Position numbers and translations under genes: made by a program
The notes under the pieces: generated by a model
The model's database searches: none
What the model was told of the DNA's origin: nothing
The model's input: only the letters and a program-made list of their open reading frames with translations
Assembly (NCBI GenBank): GCA_025594325.1
Contig: JANHCV010000001.1
Location: 3,782,001-3,846,000, forward strand
Origin: Blastocladiella emersonii ATCC 22665
Taxonomy: Eukaryota > Fungi > Blastocladiomycota
Reading direction: 5' to 3'
DNA length: 64,000 nt
Part shown: in pieces, positions 11,601 to 21,943 of the stretch
Position numbering within the stretch: the stretch's first letter is position 1
Layout of the letters: each line of letters begins with the position of its first letter

Positions 11601-12350
11601 GCGCGCTCGCTCCTGCGCCGCATGTCGGCCAACGTCGCGGTCGCCCTGCGCCGCCCGTTCTCGGGGTCCGCGCAGCGGTACCAGTCGCTGTTCCACCTCG
11701 ACGAGCACGCTGCCGGGTCGTCGCAGGGTGGCGCGACGCCGCTCACGTCCTTGCCCGTCCTCCCCGTCTCGTTCAAGCCCGCGGCGCCGTCGCACCAGGC
11801 GGTCCTGACGACGGACCCCGACGAGGTCGCCCCCGCTGCCGCCCCCACTGCCGCCGCGCCCATCACGGCGTCGGTCGTGGCCATGGCCGGCGACGGGATC
11901 AACGACTCAATCGCGCTCGCCGCAGCGGATATTGGTATCGCTCTCGGCACGGGGACGGACGTGGCCATGGAGGCCGCGGACCTGGTGATCCTGCACTCGT
12001 CGCTGCTCGACCTCGTGGTCGCGATCGACCTGGCGCGGTGCATCTTCCGGCGGATCCAGGCCAACTTCTTCTGGGCCGGAGTCTACAACGTGGTCATGAT
12101 CCCGCTCGCCATGGGGCTCGGGCTGCCGTGGGGGATCGTCCTCCACCCGATGGCGGCCGGCGCCGCTATGGCGTTCTCGTCGGTCTCGGTCGTCCTCTCG
12201 TCGCTCCTCCTCAAGCGGTACTCGCGCCCGCGCTGGGTCCAGCGTGCCCGCGAGGCCGAAGTTGCCGAGAAGGAGGGTGCGAGCGAGGAGGTGTACGCTG
12301 TCGGCATGAACGGCAAGCACGCTGCCCCGCTGCTCGCGGATACCGAGTAA
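8658..12350 (+). CDS. CCC2: P1B-type copper-transporting ATPase (Ccc2/ATP7-like)
   Basis: Three GMTCxxC HMA domains, TGE, CPC, DKTGT, HP, GDGIND, YN..P and MAFSS motifs. Start taken at ATG 8658; ATG 8592 is an alternative. Confidence 0.97.
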   Translation: MSSVTLAVDGMTCQSCVRGVTFAATSVPGVTGADVSLELKSATLHLAPDAACMATVDAAAAAIYDAGFDVVVPPSAAASLPATLAPVTAAHDAALVPIFMSSSSPTLAPTPPPLASVASLAPASPNALHKCAISVQGMTCTACVAAIEGVVGALPGVHAISVSLLAERANIDYDAALTSAETLAEAIYDAGFDSQVLSVDAPLPVASSASATSKAASAQPVLIELDVYGMTCTVCSGTIEREVGKMPGVTAVDVALTTKRARIVAVPGTVGIRDVMHRIEELGFTPLVPDQNMQVQTDSLQRTREIVEWRNAFRWCLVFAVPNMLIGMILPMLWPQPAAAAAPGMGHGGGMGMAPGSDSGAGMKMHSTFPLDNIFVVPGLSLNHLIQLGLTVPVQFGAVGRKFYRSAYKSLRLGTATMDVLVALGTTAAFVASIGSLIHSMVVSTHPHATTFFDTCTMLLFFISLGKYLENSAKGKTSSALTKLLSLKPASATLLTVDPTDASVVLREEQVAAELIQVGDILRVLPGERVPADGEVVFGTTAVDESLVTGEAVPVAKKVGSQLIAGTVNGAGAVHLRASHVGSDTALSRIVSLVEQAQASKAPIQRWADLIASYFVPVVVSLAVLTLILWLSVTRATGHFPYRAVAEDESDDVFLCLQICISVIVVACPCTLGLSVPTAVMVGTGVGAQLGILIKGGEPLERVHKLDHVVFDKTGTLTEGKMTVMASEIYVPAPPADAGKRAAREFHLSESDFWAIVGAAEANSEHPLARAMTAHASAFLGGDMRASHAAVHVTDFEVRPGLGIRCTAALQDGRAVDVAIGSMAFLDHLGIPTSARAAAARGIAAPVAGGVDVHHREQTHAQRGHTVVFVAVAGNVAGLIAMGDNLKPHAARVVRALQEDMGVEVSMVTGDNPTTALVLARQAGIPPHRVFAGVSPAGKADIIRALQANDPEALAQFVPAASASPMLEPSSDSLPPTPTMRARSLLRRMSANVAVALRRPFSGSAQRYQSLFHLDEHAAGSSQGGATPLTSLPVLPVSFKPAAPSHQAVLTTDPDEVAPAAAPTAAAPITASVVAMAGDGINDSIALAAADIGIALGTGTDVAMEAADLVILHSSLLDLVVAIDLARCIFRRIQANFFWAGVYNVVMIPLAMGLGLPWGIVLHPMAAGAAMAFSSVSVVLSSLLLKRYSRPRWVQRAREAEVAEKEGASEEVYAVGMNGKHAAPLLADTE

Positions 12351-12572
12351 GGGCGATTGGAATGTATTATGCGATATTGCAGAGCGAAATCATCATCATA
12401 ACATGTATTGCGATACACTTCGGGATGGCGTCAGGTGGAGCGGTGTGACGCCGCGAATCGAGGGCGATCAACGCTTTCTTTCGAGTTGCAGAGTGCCTCC
12501 ACCTTACTCTAGCGCCATCAGGCCAACTGCCACGAATCAACGACCCACAGTCCCTGCAACGTAACCGCCACC

Positions 12573-13217
12573 ATGATGCTCGGCCTGCGCTCCATGGCCG
12601 CCGCCGCCATCGCGCGGCCCGCCCTGCTGCGGCCCACGACCGCCGCTGCGCCCGTGGCGACCGCCATGGCGGCGCGCGACTACATGCGCGGGATCGACAA
12701 GTCGCCAACACGCAAGGCGCTGGCAATGTCGCAGAAGTTTTCGGCGGACGCGCCGCACCTGCTGCGGACGGACGCGCTGCTGGCGCAGGCGACGAACCTG
12801 ATCATGCGCGACGGCAAGAAGGCCAAGGCGGCCAACATGCTGAGCTCCGCGCTCGAGCACGTGCGCGTGATGGCGAGCTCGCCGACGTCGACGCTGCCGC
12901 AGGGCGTGGCGCCGCCCGCGCTGTTCGCCGAGGCCGTCGACCGCGTCGCGCCGCTGCTGGAGACCAAGGCGTTCAAGCGCGGCACCAAGGTCCTCCAGAT
13001 CCCCAAGGCCCTCAACGAGCGCCAGCGCAACCGCCGCGCGATTGTGTGGATCCTCGATGCCGCGAGCAAGCGGCCCGAGAAGGAGTTTGCCAAGCGGCTC
13101 GCCAACGAGCTCGTGGCCGTCCTCGAGGGGGCTTCTGAGGCTGTCAAGCGGAAGAACACGCTGTACAAGCTCGCCCTCGCTAACCGCGTCAACGTCAACA
13201 TCAAGATGAACATTTGA
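12573..13217 (+). CDS. RSM7: Mitochondrial ribosomal protein S7 (uS7m)
   Basis: Presequence-like N-terminus, then NLIMRDGKKAKA, APLLETKAFKRG, RQRNRRAIVWILDAA, LANELVAV, KRKNTLYKLALANR. Confidence 0.93.
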   Translation: MMLGLRSMAAAAIARPALLRPTTAAAPVATAMAARDYMRGIDKSPTRKALAMSQKFSADAPHLLRTDALLAQATNLIMRDGKKAKAANMLSSALEHVRVMASSPTSTLPQGVAPPALFAEAVDRVAPLLETKAFKRGTKVLQIPKALNERQRNRRAIVWILDAASKRPEKEFAKRLANELVAVLEGASEAVKRKNTLYKLALANRVNVNIKMNI

Positions 13218-13363
13218 GCGCCGTTCTTGTTGTCTGTTTTTGTCATTTCTTCACCCCTACCTCATCTTCAAAGTACACCTGTCCTAGCACCATATCGCAC
13301 GGGGGAAAACGAAGCATCGATTTGGGAAAGCAAGACGTGGCGGGGAAAGACAGCAGCAGCAGC

Positions 13364-13942
13364 TTACAGGGAGCGGCCGCCACGGAGCGCCAGGACAAGG
13401 TGAAGCACCGAGCCGCCCTGGATGTTGAAGTCGGCGAGCGTCTTGTCGTCGGCCCTACATCGGATCGGGGGTCAGGGGCCCGCCACGCAGACGAGGGCGT
13501 GAGGAAGTTGTACATCTGCTTGCCGCCGAAAATGAGACTAGAGAACGGGCGGCTGCGAGTCAGCACAGGTCAGTTCACGAGTGAGCACGATCGGACGTAC
13601 CGCTGCTGCGGGGGAGGAATACCTTCCTTCTCCTCGACCTTCTCCTTGATGCGGGTGACCTATGGCGGAGGAGCGAGACACGTCAGCGCCAAGCAAGCAG
13701 CGCGGGCGAGCGGGGCGGCGGGCGTACCTTGTCCTCGGGCTTGACGTCGATCTCAATCTACGCGCGCAGCGAGTTGAGCGACCTATACGTGGTGCTGAGA
13801 GAGCAGCAGCGCCGTGTACCTCCTTGCCGGTCAGGGTCTAGGGCGGCGCAGGCGCAGGCGACGGGCGGCGTTATTAGCGTTCACGTCCATCAAACTCCAT
13901 GGCGCGGTAGCGGCAGCGGGCTACCTTGACTTTGATCTGCAT
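13364..13942 (-). CDS. NEDD8: NEDD8/Rub1 ubiquitin-like protein (multi-exon)
   Basis: Exon 1 MQIKVK (13942-13925); later exons give [64 protein letters not shown]. Confidence 0.93.
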
Positions 13943-14178
13943 GGTGGGGCGATTGCGGGTGGTTTCGTTCTGTTGTCCAGAGCAAGGGCGCGAGCTGGGA
14001 GGAGAAAGAGGGCAAAGGCAAGATGGCGCGGCGACCGAGCGAGCGACGCGCCGACTCACTCGGCGGCATCAGCTGACACTCGCGCGCTTCTCACCTCTTC
14101 GCGGCGGCGGTCGCGTTCTCCCTGCCCGACGACCTGCTGCCGCTGCCCGCGCAGCACCTGCAACCCACGCACCACTCC

Positions 14179-17100
14179 ATGCAATCCCCGCCCCTGCGCG
14201 GCCGCGACCTCGTCTCGCGCGGCACCGACGCCCTCGGCGAGCTGCTGATCCGCGTCGTCGATGAGCCCGAGTACAAGACCGTCGCCGAGCACGTCCGTGA
14301 CCTGCTCGGCCCGCTCGCCCGCGAGTTCGCCGCCGCGACCCCGGTCTCGGACCGCCGCGGGCGCGTCCTTGACGCCGCTTGGAACCTGATCTGGGCCGCG
14401 AGCCTCGTCGAGATCAAGGACCGCACCGCCGACGCGCCCAACGAGTTCTTCAAGCTCGGCGTCTTCTACCTCGACGCCCTGCTGTGCTGGCTCGAGTCCG
14501 GCTTTGCGCCCGCGACGCCTGCTATGGGTACGGTCTCCATCACGCCGCTCCGTCATCACCACGCGCGTGCTGACACGACCTCGACCCGCGCCGTGTGTCC
14601 AGACTCGATCTTCCTGCGCTCGTTTGAGAGCCTGCTACAGATGGCCACGCTCGCGACGTGCACGCAGTTCCTCGACTTTTTCGTCGACGAGCTCGACCGC
14701 ATCAAGCTGGTCGTCCTGCACCGCGGCGACGCCCAGGCCAACCGCCTGCACCTGTCGGCCATCTCCACGGCGCTGCTCAAGCGCGCCTCGTCGCTGCTCC
14801 ACCCCGAGGTCGCCTCGGCCGTCCTGCAGATCAACTCGCTCGCGTTTGACCTCAACCTCAACTGTGCGTTCCTGCCGCTCCTCCGCCACCGGCACCGCCG
14901 CCGCCGCGCCTTCTCGTCGTCGCCGATTCTGACGAGCTGCCGCCACCGCGCCCACTTCTCCCCGCAGCGCTCAACCCGCGCGCCGCCGTCAACGAGAGCA
15001 ACGTCATCACCCTCGACAAGAACCTGCCGACCGACCCCGAGGCGCAGGAGCTCAACGCCCTCTACGTCAAGCTGTGGGAGCTCCAGAACGCTGTGCGCGA
15101 CCCGCGTCGGTTTCTCCACGAGGTCGTCGCGGGCCGTCCCGGCACCCCCGCGGGCGCTGCCGGAAAGGATAAGGCCAAGGAGATCCGCGCCACGCTCGCG
15201 TCGGTCCTCGCGGCGACCAACCAGCTCGTCCTCGAGTTCGCCAAGGTCGCCCAGGCCGCCAAGGAGCACCTCCGCAACCCCGCCAAGGAGCGACTCATCG
15301 AGCCCGCCCACTCGGACTTTTTCTGCGCAAAGTACCTCGTGTCGCGCGAGCTGTTCGATTCGCAGGCACGTCACTTTGCCTGTCCGCCCTCGTCGCGATG
15401 GCTGTTGACACGAACTCGTGCTGTGTATAGCTCAAGGACGCCGCGTTCCGCCGCCAGGTCCTCGTCCAGCTGCTCCTGACCTGCGAGCTGCTCCTCTTCT
15501 TTGCCGACGACCGCGTCAAGCTGTACGAGGCCTCGTTCACCTCCGGCGAGAAGCGCCGCAACAAGAACATTCTGCCCGATAACCGGTGCTGGTTCACCGA
15601 CGCCGAGGTACGCTCGTGCGTGCGCGGTCATCGTGGCGAGTGTGCTGACGCCTTTGCGCGTAGGTCAACGAGATCAAGGCGACCCGCGCCCGCATCATCA
15701 TGGTGCTCTCGCGCATCCCGCCCAACGGCACCGAGTTTGTCACCACCATCGTCCAGCTCGTGCGCGATGAGGCCACCTGGGTACGTTCCGCTACTCCGTA
15801 GCAGCACTCAACTCAGACCACTGACCCGCCTCGTTGCCGACACTAGATGGCGTGGAAGATGCGCTTCTACAGCCCCTCGATCATCGCGAAATCGATCGAC
15901 CCGCTGCCCGCGCCCGACGCGCCCGCCCTCCCCGGCGCCGCGTGGGGTCTCGGCCGCCGCCTCGGCAACCCGCGCCTCAACGAGCTCCTCAACCCGACCC
16001 AGCACCCGCTGCCCACCGACCTCCCCGACCCGGACCTCGCCAAGTGGACCGAGCAGGTCGAGGACGAGGCCCGCGGCGATTTCGACGCCGAGTATATGCT
16101 CACGCGCAAGGAGGTACGCGATATCGCTTCCACCTTGCCACTCCCGCCAGACCTAACCCTCGGTTCCCGCGTCTAGCAATGGTCGTGGCAAACCTTCCGC
16201 CTGTTCGTCCGCCACCACTGCACCGAGACAATGACGGCGCCCACGACCAAGCACCACGTGCGCGACGTGGTCCGCCGCGCGCGCGGCGACCCGGACCTGA
16301 CGCAGCAGGAGATGGACGACGACGCCGCGCGCCGCCGCGCCGCCGACGAGCGCCGCGCCGCGTACCTCGCCGAGCGCAAGGCCGAAGCCGACCGCCTCGC
16401 CCGCGAGGCCGCGCTCGAGCGCGAACGCGCCGCCGAGGCCGAACGCGTTGCGGCCGCAGAACGCGAGCGGGTCGCCGAAATCGAGCGTGCTGCCGAGGCC
16501 GAGCGCCAACGGCTCGCCGAGATCGAGCGCGCCACCGAAGCCGAGCGCCAGGAGGCCATCGACTTGCAGCGCCGCAAGGACGCCGAGCCCGAGGCCGAGC
16601 GGGTCCGCGCAGAGGAGCTCGAGCGCAAGGCCGAAGCTGCGCGCAAGGCTGAGGCCGAACGCGTCGCGGAAGCCCCGCACAAAGCCGAGGCCGACCGCAA
16701 GGCCGCGCTCGCCGAGGAGCAGCGGCTCCGCGACGAGGTGTCGGCCCGCGCCGGCTCGGAAATGGCCGCCACCGCCCAGACGGCTCGCGACGCGGGGAAC
16801 AGCTCCAAAATCGCGGAGCGTAAGGCCCAGCGCGAGCGCGACGCGCCGCGTGAACGCGACGCCCAGCGTGAGCGTGACGCGCCGCGTGAACGCGACGCCC
16901 AGCGTGAGCGTGACGCGCCGCGTGAGCGTGACGCGCAGCGTGAGCGTGACGCGCCGCGTGAGCGTGACGCGCAGCGTGAGCGTGACGCGCCGCGTGAGCG
17001 TGACGCGCAGCGTGAGCGTGACGCGCCGCGTGAGCGTGACGCGCAGCGCGACCGCGAGGCCCAGCGCGACCGCGAGGCCCAGCGCGACCGCGAGGCCCAG

Positions 17101-19791
17101 CGCGAACGCGACGCCCAGCGTGACCGCGAGGCGCAGGAGCAGGAGCAGCGCGAACGCGAAGTGCAGGCGCAGGCTGCAGCGTACGCTCAAGTTGCAGCGG
17201 GCGCTCAGGCCGCCCAAGGTCTCGCCGCCTTTGCGGCACTCTCCGTCATCACGCAGAGTGCCCCCATACTTCCTTTCGGACCTCTCGGCATGCCGCCGCT
17301 CATGAACTTCGTCGGCGCCAGTACCAGCCCCGGCCTGCCAGCCGCCGCGCACGCCCCCTCCCCCACGTCCAAGTCGCCCCTCCGATCGCCCACGCTCTCG
17401 GACGCGTCCTCTCGCGCACGCACCCGCGACCGCGACTACATGGACGTCGACGACCAGACCACCGACGACGACAGCAGCCACGATCGCCGCGACCGCGAGC
17501 GGATCTGCGACCGTGACCGCGACCGCCGCACCGACCCCGAGGTTCGCCCGCCCACATCGCGCACCGCACGCACCAACGGGAGCTCGGCGCCCGACCGCCG
17601 CGGGTTCTCGCCGCGCGCCGGCGACGCTGATGCCGACTCGCGCCGCCGCACCAGCCGCAGCCTCAGTCGCGAGCGCGACCGGAGCCGTAGCCACGACGAC
17701 CGCGACGCGCGGCCCCGCAACGGCCGCGACTTTGACCGGCGCACCGCGGCCGACCGCGACCGCGACCCGCGCGACCCGCGCGACCAGCGCTCCGGCAGCC
17801 GCGTGTACGACCGCGATGCGCGTGCCGACGGCCGCCGCGACGAGCGGGATCGCGCTACCGGCGACCGCAACGGTGACGCTGCCGACCGCCGCCGCCGCGA
17901 GGACGAGCGGACCGGGCGCGACCGCCGCCGTGAATCGCCGCCCCCAGCCGGTGCGCGTGACGCCCGCTCGCCTAACTCGCGGCGCACGACGCGCGAGGAT
18001 TCCGTGTCGACGCTCGGCGGCCGCCGGTCCAGCTTCGACCTCGGCTCGCCCAACAACCGCGACGCGCGCCGCGAGGAGCCGCTCGCTCGCCGCACCGACC
18101 AGCCCGCGACGGCCACCGTGTCGCGCCAGCCGTCGGAGGCGGACCTCGCCGAGGCCAGGGCTGCGCGCCAGCGTGAGCTCGACCGCGTGGCCGAGGAGGC
18201 CGCTGCACAGCGCGCGAACCGCGAGCGCCCTGCGGAGCCCGTTGCCTCCGGCGCCGGCAAGACGACGGCATCCGCGGCGCCCGGTCGGTCGGCGGAAGCG
18301 GACCTCCCCGAGGATAGGGCTGCGCGTCAGCGCGCACTCGATCGCGTGGCCGCGGAAGCTGCCGCCCAGCACGGCCGCAGCACGGAGTCCGCTACTGGCC
18401 GCGACGAACCGAGCTCGTCCACCGCCACCGTAACCGTGCAGGCGCCAGCTCGTCCGCAGTCCGCCGAGGAGGCCGCCGCAGACCGCCGCCGTGAACTCGT
18501 GCGCAGCATGAGCCCGGGGACCGCCGCGCGTAACCGCCGCGCTGCGCAGTCCGTCTCGCCGGTCAAGGCCAGCTCCATCTCGCCCGTCAAGTCCACGAGC
18601 GGCGAGCCCCCGATCCCCGTCGTGCTGCCGCCGAGCGCGCCCGCCCACCCGCCGACGTCGCCGTCCGCGCCTGCTCCTGCGGCGGCGGCGCCCGTCTCCT
18701 CGCCCGGCCTCGCCCCGCCACCCCTCGCGCGCACCACGACCACGAGCCCGAGCGCCGAGACGCTTGAGTCCCTGCGCCGCACCGCCATGCAGTCGATGCC
18801 GAAAAAGCCGCACGACTCAGCCGCCACGGCTCCTGCGCCCGACGCGGCAGCAGCTGCGGCGCCCCCGACCGAGCCGGGCTCCGCACCCGCGCCTACGCCC
18901 GCACCTGCCTCTTCGGCGCCAGCCTCCGCGTCCGCGCAGGAGGTCGACCTCGATCTCCGCGACTTCCACCCGACGCGCGCTGCGGCCATCATGCGCGAGC
19001 GCGAGCTCGAGGCGCAGCAGAAACTGCGGCAGCAGCAGCAGCAGCAGGGTCCGGCCCGGCCTCCCCACCACCAGCAGCAGCAGCAGCAGAACCAGCGGCT
19101 GCGCCGCAACTCGGGCCAGGGCGGTCGCCGTGGCGGTGGCGGCGGGCTCAACAGTACCGGCAGCGGCCGCGACCTCGCGCCGCCAGCGCCGGTGCAGGGG
19201 CCGATCGGCCCGCTCGCTCCTCCCGCTGGCCGCGATAGTGGACCGATGTCGGACCGCTTCTTCACGGGCCCGGGCTCGCCGCCACCCAGCGCCGGTTCCG
19301 ACGAGCCGCGCCCGCGCGGCGCTGGTGGCGCTGGTGGTCGTGGCGGCCGCGGGCGGTACGGCGGCAACGGCAACGACATGCGCGACGTGCGCGACGTGCG
19401 CGACCGCGACCGCAGCAGTAGCCGCGCGAGCGCGGTCGAGGTGGTCCCGCCGCGGCGCGACGACTGGGAAGGCTCTTCGTCCCGCAACGGGAACGGCAGC
19501 CACAGCATTGTGCGCGAGTGGGACCGCGAGCGCGACCGCGAGCGTGACCGCGGCGCCAACGATCGCGGGTGGGACCATCACCACGGCGGCAGTGATCACC
19601 GCGGCGCGCGCATGGGACCCATGTCCCCGCCGCGCGACGCGTGGCCGCGCGGGAACGAGCGTGACCGGGTACAACTTCCGCGCATTACCCGAGCTGAGAT
19701 GCGAATACTGACTGATTCACACGTGTAGAAACGCGAGGGCGATCATCCGCCGCGCGACGACCACCGCGGCGGCAAGCGGCGCCGGAACTAG
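14179..19791 (+). CDS. THOC1: THO complex subunit 1 (THOC1/Hpr1-like) with a very long RD/RE-rich low-complexity C-terminal extension
   Basis: DFFCAKYLVSRELFDSQ-LKDAAFRRQVLVQLL, ...LARDEATW-MAWK, and WSWQTFRL after intron gtacgc...tctag, which runs in frame into the 16231-19728 ORF. A final intron 19668-19728 gives KREGD...RRRN*. Confidence 0.8.
16825..17130 (+). repeat. Coding minisatellite: 6 x 36 bp (AQRERDAPRERD) then ~5 x 18 bp (AQRDRE)
   Basis: Seen directly; units start at 16825, 16861, 16897, 16933, 16969 and 17005. Confidence 0.95.
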
Positions 19792-19856
19792 TTCCGCGAG
19801 CGAGCGAGCATATACGTGGTAAACGAATGAATGAATTAAGTTATGTACGACACGTC

Positions 19857-20894
19857 TTACGCTGCACTCGCGACACCCGCCTTGGCCGGTGAAGAAGAAG
19901 CGCGCCCGCCGCGCGACAGGAACCACCAGCTCGTCCACGTCGCGAGCGCGACGGCGGCGAGCGACCACAGCAGCCAGACGAGCGCACACACGGCGCGCAG
20001 GTTGGTCTGCATCGACGCAGCGAGGACCGCGAGGCACGGCGCGTCCATGGCGCCCGACGTGGTGGTCCCGTGCAGGAACTCGGGGACAGCCGGGACGGGT
20101 CCGTCGACTCCTGCTGTTGGTGGCGCGATGGTCCGCGGGACAGCCGACGCAGCGAGGGCAGCCGCAACGACGCGGGGTCCCTGCGTCGACGGACACTGCA
20201 GGTCAAACGCGGCCTTTGCCGCGGTCGCGGCGTCCCAGTCAGCCGCGATGCCCGCGATCCGGTCGGCGCGCGTGAGCGAGTCGGGCCACGCGATGACGGG
20301 GCCCGTGACGAAGAGCGCGAGCGAGAGCGAGACCAGCGCGAGGGCGATGGGGAGCAGGCCGGTCGCGAGCATGCGGCCGCGGCAGTACTGCATCGCGCTC
20401 GATCCAGCACCGATACCCGCGAGTGCGGCGAGGAGGCCCGACGCGAGGAGCAGCGGGATCGTGGGCGGCGCGCCGTTCAAGGGAATGTCGCCGTTGACGA
20501 CGAGGCCGCGGTTGGCGAGGACCATGGTGCACACGCCGGCCAGCGTCAGGCCGGCGGACGCGGCGAGGACGGCGACGAGGACGGCGACGGCGCGGGTGCG
20601 GTGGAGTAGCGTCACGCGCGAGCGCCATGCCGAGGTGTAGGTTGGGGAGGATGGAGCTGAGAGCGGTTTCGCGTCGACGACGACGGTGAAGAAGAATGCG
20701 GGCCGGTCGCTCCCCACTCCCAGAGCCGGATCGGGGCGCGCGGGCGACGATGGCACGGTCGGCGGGCGGCGCGATGGACTCGGGCTCGCCATGCGTGGGG
20801 TCCGGGTGCGGGCCTGGATCGGCGCCAGGCGTGGCGCAGCGCGTGCGTCGGGGTGGTGCGCCTCCCCCGCGTCGAGATCGAGTGGTGGCTGCAT
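19857..20894 (-). CDS. Four-TM membrane protein, tetraspanin-like topology
   Basis: 345-aa ORF with three close hydrophobic helices, a long loop containing LQCP and PCL, then a fourth helix. Confidence 0.6.
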   Translation of the reverse strand: MQPPLDLDAGEAHHPDARAAPRLAPIQARTRTPRMASPSPSRRPPTVPSSPARPDPALGVGSDRPAFFFTVVVDAKPLSAPSSPTYTSAWRSRVTLLHRTRAVAVLVAVLAASAGLTLAGVCTMVLANRGLVVNGDIPLNGAPPTIPLLLASGLLAALAGIGAGSSAMQYCRGRMLATGLLPIALALVSLSLALFVTGPVIAWPDSLTRADRIAGIAADWDAATAAKAAFDLQCPSTQGPRVVAAALAASAVPRTIAPPTAGVDGPVPAVPEFLHGTTTSGAMDAPCLAVLAASMQTNLRAVCALVWLLWSLAAVALATWTSWWFLSRGGRASSSPAKAGVASAA

Positions 20895-21943
20895 GGTCTA
20901 GTCGTTGTCCGTGATGCGCGGCTCTAGCTGGCACGGGGAGAGGAGAGAGCCCTGCCGTCGTCCCTTGACACAGTCCATGGCCGCGGCCGGCGCCCGTGTC
21001 AGCGGCCGGATTCTCATCGCGCAACAAGGTTGACGTTGCAAGCACGGCAAATCAAGTTGCTCGGGCGGGGAGGGGAGCGTGAGAGCGGGGGCATGGCCAG
21101 GGCGAGATCAGGCAAGCGCGGCCCCGCAGATTCGCGAGCAAGTTGCGCGTGGGAATCGCGTCGCGTTTCAGCGCTGCGATGCGTCCGCGGACGGCAACCC
21201 GCACGCGTCTCTGACTCGACGAACGGCCGGCGAGCGGATCACTCTTGCCATCACCGACCGACGCGTCGCGCGACGCGCCCAAGCTCCCCTCTCGCATCAC
21301 GTCACGCGGCGCCTGCAGCAACACAACGACGCGCCGAATCTGTAAGCTGAAACGCGCCCGATCGGATGCCGAAAACCAATGGGCCGCGCGTCACGTGCCG
21401 CGGCACCACCCGGCAAGCCTGCATGAGCCACCCGCGCAAATGATCGACGCTGGCGCGCCGCCACCGCCTCGTCCGCCCGTCCGCCCGCGCCGCGCCGTAT
21501 GACGAGGGCGCTGACGGAGATCGGGCACGAATGCGGTCGTGATGAAATGTTGACACGCTTCATTACGGAGTGCTTGCGCATTTCTGCCCTGGCCCAGACG
21601 GGCTGGAGCAGCACGCGCCTGGGCAAGCTCGCTTGCGCAGCAGCGGCAGCCGCTGAGAGTTGAGTGGGCAGGGCACACTTTGACCGCACGGAGCGGGGAG
21701 CGGCGAGCGGCAACGCAGCGAGGTGCCACACCCGCGGCCGCCACCGCCCTATTTTGGCCTGCCGGCCCGCGCTGCTCCTGCTGCCACAAAGCCCGCGCGC
21801 GCCCCGCTCGCTCTCTCTCCCGCTCCAGCTTGCCCGCCACAGCAATACTTCGTCCTACCCAACTCGAATCTCGGCCGTCGAGTTGCTTAGCACGAACACC
21901 CTCCACCAACATTAGACCCCCCACCCTCACCACGACCGCCACC

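Noticed and set aside
8693-11795. Very long alternative-frame and antisense ORFs over the Cu-ATPase, also over THOC1 (16153-18813), the Sel1 gene (46410-48158) and the BRCT gene (61505-63412)
   Set aside because: Shadow ORFs caused by high GC3 codon bias; Arg/Ala/Gly-rich translations with no motifs.
2-13942. F-box and NEDD8 co-location as a ubiquitin-pathway cluster
   Set aside because: Separated by unrelated genes. Both are common, and nothing in the sequence supports co-regulation.
16825-17130. Regular ~36-bp periodicity resembling a CRISPR array
   Set aside because: No unique spacers; the units are contiguous and in-frame coding sequence in a eukaryotic gene.
21000-21900. Short ORFs in the divergent promoter region between the 4-TM gene and the septin
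   Set aside because: No motif, no host-like codon bias and no consistent splice model.
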